Below are positions 58,501 to 64,000 of a DNA stretch of 64,000 bases, in pieces. The position numbers and the translations under genes are program-made. How positions within the stretch are numbered: the first letter of the stretch is position 1; each line of letters begins with the position of its first letter. The DNA lies in contig NIVC01000486.1 of NCBI GenBank assembly GCA_002269645.1, positions 186,001-250,000 of the forward strand, in the 5' to 3' direction. Source of the stretch: Macrostomum lignano (Eukaryota). The notes under the pieces were generated by a model. It did no database searches, was not told the DNA's origin, and saw only the letters and a program-made list of their open reading frames with translations.

Positions 58501-61500
58501 TTTTCTTACTGTCGCCCTTTTCCCACTGTCGCCCTTTTCCCACTGTCGCCCTTTTCACTCTGTCGCCCTTTTCACTCTGTCGCCCTTTTCCCACTGTCGC
58601 CTTTTCACTCTGTCGCCCTTTTCACTCTGTCGCCCTTTCCCACTGTCGCCCTTTTCCCACTGTCGCCCTTTTCCCACTGTCGCCCTTTTCCCACTGTCCC
58701 CCTTTTTGCCACTGTCGCCCTTTTCTTACTGTCGCCCTTTTCCCACTGTCGCCCTTTTCCCACTATCGCCCTTTTCCCACTGCCGCCCTTTTCCCACTGT
58801 CGCCCTTTTCACTGTGTCGCCCTTCTCACTCTGTCGCCCTTCTCACTGTGTCGCCCTTTTCTTACTGTCGCCCTTTTCACTCTGTCGCCTTTTTCACTCT
58901 GTCGCCCTTTTCACTGTGTCGCCCTTATCACTGTGTCGCCCTTATCACTGTGTCGCCCTTTTCTTACTGTCGCCCTTCTCACTGTGTCGCCCTTTTCTTA
59001 CTGTCGCCCTTTTCACTCTGTCGCCTTTGTCGCCCTTTTCCCACTGCCTTTGCACTCTGTCGCCCTTCTCACTCTGTCGCCCTTCTTACTGTGTCGCCCT
59101 TTTCTTACTGTCGCCCTTTTCACTCTGTCGCCCTTCTCACTGTGTCGCCCTTATCACTGTGTCGCCCTTATCACTGTGTCGCCCTTATCACTGTGTCGCC
59201 CTTTTCACTCTGTCGCCCTTTTCCCACTGTCGCCCTTTTCACTCTGTCGCCCTTTTTACTCTGTCGCCCTTTTCAATCTGTCGCCCTTTTCACTCTGTCG
59301 CCCTCTTCACTCTGTCGCCCTTTTCACTCTGTCGCCCTTTTCACTCTGTCGCCCTTCTCACTCTGTCGCCCTTCTTACTGTGTCGCCCTTTTCTTACTGT
59401 CGCCCTTTTCACTCTGTCGCTCTTATCACTGTGTCGCTCTTATCACTGTGTCGCCCTTATCACTGTGTCGCTCTTCTCACTGTGTCGCCCTTCTCACTGT
59501 GTCGCCCTTTTCACTCCGTCGCCCTTTTCACTCTGTCGCCCTTTTTACTCTGTCGCCCTTTTCACTCTGTCGCCCTTTTCACTCTGTCGCCCTTTTCCCA
59601 CTGCCGCCCTTTTCCCACTGTCGCCCTTTTCCCACTGTCGCCTTTTTCCCACTGTCCCCCTTTTTGCCACTGTCGCCCTTTTCTTACTGTCGCCCTTTTC
59701 TTACTGTCGCCCTTTTCTTACTGTCGCCCTTTTCCCACTGTCGCCCTTTTCCCACTATCGCCCTTTTCCCACTGCCGCCCTTTTCCCACTGGCGCCCTTT
59801 TCACTGTGTCGCCCTTTTCTTACTGTCGCCCTTTTCACTCTGTCGCCTTTTTCACTCTGTCGCCCTTTTCACTCTGTCGCCCTTTTGCACTGTCGCCCTT
59901 AAACCTTAAACCCAACAGTAAAAATAAAACTTGTAACCCTCGACTGTTTCTCGGCAATCGGCGTATATTGTGTTGTTGCTTGCAAGTTTTCCTCACGTGC
60001 TCATACATGTACTTTATACGCAATATTTATTATTATTTAATTTAACGATTTGCACTCTGTCCGTCAACTCAGGCCAGTCCACAAACTTGATGGCTTCGGC
60101 GACAACTTCAGCTGGCGAAGGTCGGACAATGCCGGTTCTGCTGGCCGAGTGGCTGTCCGAGTGTCCGGACGGCTGGGCGGCCGGTCAGTTGGAGCTGCAG
60201 ATGCTGTGGCTGCGGAACACGGAGAACGACAGTGTCCGGGACGCCACCGCGGCTCTGGCTCGGTGGCGACTACCTGCAGCCGTCACGGTGGAACCGCCAT
60301 TGGCGATCGCCACCTGCGAGCCTGCGGCTAAGTGAGCTCCAGCTATGATCCTCAGTCTGAGTCTGTATCCTCTCAGATCCTCAGTCTGAGTCTGTATCCT
60401 CTTAGATCCTCAGTCTGAGTCTGTATCCTCTTAGATCCTCAGTCTGAGTCTGTATCCTCTCAGATCCTCAGTCTAAGTCTGTATCATCTTAGATCCTCAG
60501 TTTGAGTCTGTATCCTCCCAGATCCTCAGTCTGAGTCTGTATCCTCTCAGATCCTCATTTTTAGTCTGTATCCTCCCAGATCCCCAGTCTAAGTCTGTAT
60601 CCTCCCAGATCCTCAGTTTGAGTCTGTATCCTCCCAGATCCTCAGTCTGAGTCTGTATCCTCTCAGATCCTCATTTTTAGTCTGTATCCTCCCAGATCCC
60701 CAGTCTAAGTCTGTATCCTCCCAGATCCTCAGTCTGAGTCTGTATCCTCCCAGATCCCCAGTCTGAGTCTGTATCCTCTCAGATCCTCAGTCTGAGTCTG
60801 TATCCTCCCAGATCCCCAGTTTAAGTCTGTATCCTCCCAGATCCTCAGTCTGAGTCTGTATCCTCCCAGATCCTCAGTCTGAGTCTGTATCCTCCCAGAT
60901 CCTCAGTCTGAGTCTGTATCCTCTCAGATCCTCAGTCTGAGTCTGTATCCTCCCAGATCCTCAGTCTGAGTCTGTATCCTCTCAGATCCTCAGTTTGAGT
61001 CTGTATCCTCCCAGATCCCCAGTCTAAGTCTGTATCCTCCCAGATCCTCAGTCTGAGTCTGTATCCTCCCAGATCCCCAGTCTAAGTCTGTATCCTCCCA
61101 GATCCTCAGTCTAAGTCTGTATCCTCCCAGATCCCCAGTCTAAGTCTGTATCCTCCCAGATCCTCAGTCTAAGTCTGTATCCTCTCAGATCCTCAGTCTG
61201 AGTCTGTATCCTCCCAGATCCTCAGTCTGAGTCTGTATCCTCCCATATCCTCAGTCTGAGTCTGTATCCTCCCAGATCCTCAGTCTGAGTGCCACTCCAA
61301 TCCGCAGCGCCACTTCAGCAGCCGAGCCAGCGCCACCCCTGTCCACCTGCCGTCTCCTGTCGCTTTCGCCCCCGTCGACAAACGAGTCTTGGACGCAACT
61401 GAGCTGGCGCCAAACAACAGGCGCTATTCTGGCGCCAGCCGGTTCCGATGGCGCCGGCAGCCGGTGCGTGTGCCGCCAGCGGGCCGAGCCACTTCCTGAC

Positions 61501-62541
61501 GACGCGCTGTCCGGCCGGCTGGTGCTGCCGAAGGTCCAGCTGCTCCGGCTGAACGACAATGGCGGCGACGGCGGTAGCGGCCTGGTTGTTGAATTCGACG
61601 CAGCGCCGAGGCAGTGCGGGCTGCGCGGCCTGTTCGCTGTCGGCTTCGAGGTCGCCGACGCCGCTGGGCCGCTGGCCAACTGCAGCCGGCAGCGGCAGCC
61701 GCCGACCTCCGCCAGGTTCCGCTGTCCGCTGCCGGCGTCCCTGTCGCATCGGCCGCCACTTCAGCTGCTTGCCCGCCTGTAGTAAGTGATAAAGCGTAAT
61801 TTAGCGTTGAAATGCTACTATTTCTACTATAAGTAGTGAACTGAAGGGGTGAAAAATTTATCCAACAAATTATTTGAAAGCCAGTGACAAAGTTGGCCAA
61901 TAAATGGTTATATTTAGTGTTATAAAGGGCTGAGGGGGGTCGCCCGCCACACACACCCTCAATTCTTCATAACTTCAGTTCAAAGAGAATTAGTTAAGAG
62001 TCTTGAAACATTATACTGTTACATTTCTACCTGTTCCTCACTGTTTGCCAGCGGCAACGAGTACCGCGTGCTGCAGCTGAACACTACCATAGTGCAGCCG
62101 ACATCCAATCGGATTGCTGCAGCTGTCATCGTTGCCGCGGTTGTCGCCGTGCTGGCCGCTGTCGCAGCTGTGGCGCTGCGGTGCTACCATCGCCAGCGCA
62201 GGCAGCGCTGGGTGCCCCGCGCGGCTTCAGATAGATATCCCAGCCTGATGGGGCTGGACCAGCAGCTGCAGCACCTACGGCCGAACGGCGAGGAAGAAGC
62301 GGCTACGGCTACGACGCCTCTTAGCGCCGGCACCGACAGTCGGCATGTCGACGGGACCGGCAACGGCGACGCTTGTCAGTTTGGTGAGTGGCGTCTGAAC
62401 TATTTGGATTCTATTTGCGCTTGTGCTACTGTTAGTAGCTTAACTGAGCATGCAATGCGATGGGCGCCGATTTCAGAGATCAACGAGGACTACAACTATG
62501 CACAGGGCAGCAACGGCTACTCGCCACGGTCTGAGTGCTAA
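52836..62541 (+). CDS. gp130/Domeless-like class I cytokine-receptor-type protein (signal peptide, Ig, CHR D2/D3, FN3-like domains, TM, about 89-aa tail); start codon exon not resolved. Exons 52836-52911, 53012-53168, 54135-54265, 55791-56258, 57200-57766, 60073-60331, 61308-61781, 62052-62383, 62477-62541.
   Basis: Phase-consistent chain (1,2,1,1,1,2,2,1), 2529 nt. Signal-like AIRLTIVILLIIFQCGIHA. Ig: VGANLTVQC...LRVRW...DSGIFQC. D2: GEPPKLTGLDCEWPNRESENFRC...LRARGCNRLG. D3: YTAEVSCRPKYFRLPGNSGWSEP (degenerate WSxWS). FN3: VWLSAPPAECRHGPIVSYRLRL...ASATTSAGEG. TM: IAAAVIVAAVVAVLAAVAAVAL. No kinase or phosphatase domain before the stop. Confidence 0.75.
53300..53846. repeat. 20-bp minisatellite (GTGACCCTGACACCTATTTA)
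   Basis: Homogeneous array in an intron of the receptor gene. Confidence 0.95.
54490..55765. repeat. Degenerate (ACAG)n microsatellite
   Basis: Tetranucleotide repeat with GCAG/ACAC variants, ending about 25 nt before the acceptor at 55790. Confidence 0.97.
56290..57105. repeat. About 22-bp purine-rich minisatellite (GAGGGAGAGGGCGGAACTGATT)
   Basis: Direct tandem copies. Confidence 0.93.
57808..59897. repeat. 17-18-bp pyrimidine-rich minisatellite (ACTGTCGCCCTTTTCCC)
   Basis: About 2.1 kb of variant tandem units. Confidence 0.95.
60347..61289. repeat. 29-bp minisatellite (GATCCTCAGTCTGAGTCTGTATCCTCCCA)
   Basis: Fills almost the entire intron 60332-61307. Confidence 0.95.
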
Positions 62542-62593
62542 TTGTCACTAAATATGATTCTGATATGATCAATTTGTGTTCTATTTAAACTGG

Positions 62594-64000
62594 CGAGCTA
62601 GTAGAGAGCTAGTGGAAAGCTAGTGGAGAGCTGGTGGAGAGCTAATGGAAAGCTAGTGGAGAGCTAGTGGAGAGCTAGTGGAAAGCTAGTGGAGAGCTAG
62701 TGGAGAGCTAGTGGAGAGCTAGTGGAGAGCTGGTGGAGAGCTAGTGGAGAGCTAGTGGAGAGCTAATGGAGAGCTAATGGAGAGCTAGTGGAGAGCTAGT
62801 GGAGAGCTGGTGGAGAGCTAATGGAGAGCTAGTGGAGAGCTAATGGAGAGCTAGTGGAGAGCTGGTGGAGAGCTAATGGAGAGCTAGTAGAGAGCTAATG
62901 GAGAGCTAGTGGAGAGCTAGTGGAGAGCTAGTGGAGAGCTAGTAGAGAGCTAATGGAGAGCTGGTGGAGAGCTAGTGGAGAGCTGGTGGAGAGCTAGTGC
63001 AGAGCTAGTAGAGAGCTAGTGGAGAGCTAGTGGAGAGCTAGTGGAGAGCTAGTGGAGAGCTAGTGGAGAGCTAGTAGAGAGCTAATGGAGAGCTGGTGGA
63101 GAGCTAGTGGAGAGCTAATGGAGAGCTAATGGAGAGCTAGTAGAGAGCTAGTGGAGAGCTAGTGGAGAGCTAGTGGAGAGCTAGTGGAGAGCTAATGGAG
63201 AGCTAGTAGAGAGCTAATGGAGAGCTAGTGGAGAGCTAGTAGAGAGCTAGTGGAGAGCTAGTGGAGAGCTAGTGGAGAGCTAGTGGAGAGCTAGTGCAGA
63301 GCTAGTAGAGAGCTAGTGGAGAGCTAGTAGAGAGCTAGTGGAGAGCTAGTAGAGAGCTAGTGGAGAGCTAGTGGAGAGCTAGTGGAGAGCTAATGGAGAG
63401 CTAGTAGAGAGCTAATGGAGAGCTAGTGGAGAGCTAGTAGAGAGCTAGTGGAGAGCTAATGGAGAGCTAGTAGAGAGCTAGTAGAGAGCTAGTGGAGAGC
63501 TAGTGGAGAGCTAGTGGAGAGCTAGTGGAGAGCTAGTGGAGAGCTAATGGAGAGCTAGTAGAGAGCTAGTAGAGAGCTAGTGGAGAGCTAGTGGAGAGCT
63601 AGTAGAGAGCTAGTGGAGAGCTAATGGAGAGCTAGTAGAGAGCTAGTAGAGAGCTAGTGGAGAGCTAGTAGAGAGCTAGTGGAGAGCTAGTAGAGAGCTA
63701 GTGGAGAGCTAGTGGAGAGCTAGTGGAGAGCTAGTGGAGAGCTAGTGGAGAGCTAGTGGAGAGCTAGTGGAGAGCTAGTGGAGAGCTAGTGGAGAGCTAG
63801 TGGAGAGCTAGTAGAGAGCTAGTGGAGAGCTAGTGGAGAGCTAGTAGAGAGCTAGTGGAGAGCTAGTGGAGAGCTAGTGGAGAGCTAGTGGAGAGCTAGT
63901 GGAGAGCTAGTGGAGAGCTAGTGGAGAGCTAGTGGAGAGCTAGTGGAGAGCTAGTGGAGAGCTAGTGGAGAGCTAGTGGAGAGCTAGTGGAGAGCTAGTG
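62594..64000. repeat. 11-bp minisatellite (GCTAGTGGAGA), running off the window
   Basis: Direct tandem copies to the window end. Confidence 0.97.

Noticed and set aside
57061-60045. 994-aa, 717-aa and 398-aa ORFs
   Set aside because: Only 57200-57766 is coding; the rest is a stop-free 17-18-bp intronic minisatellite.

Overview
Eukaryotic (animal) genomic DNA. It has GC-rich exons with poly-Ala/Gln/Gly tracts and GT-AG introns, and roughly a third of the window (about 22 kb, about 26 arrays) is intronic mini- or microsatellite. This style suggests a free-living flatworm such as Macrostomum (inference only). By chaining splice sites with phase checks I reconstructed four intron-containing genes: (1) a + strand coiled-coil protein (about 0.2-7.5 kb, ends uncertain); (2) a - strand 16-exon, about 1713-aa protein with spectrin-like repeats and six I-set Ig domains (titin/zormin/CCDC141-like; 31309-9257); (3) a + strand 7-exon KIAA0319/AAVR-like PKD-domain membrane protein (39435-48434); (4) a + strand type-I membrane protein with Ig, cytokine-receptor-homology and FN3 domains, a TM helix and a short tail, i.e. 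a gp130/Domeless-type architecture (52836-62541). Gene 4 is the most notable find. Also present are two tRNA-derived SINE families (one with a MIR/CORE-like central domain), several TIR elements/MITEs, and a sharply bounded CpG-depleted domain carrying a directional C>T mutation signature. Most long ORFs in the supplied track are tandem-repeat artefacts. No rRNA, true tRNA or CRISPR array was found.
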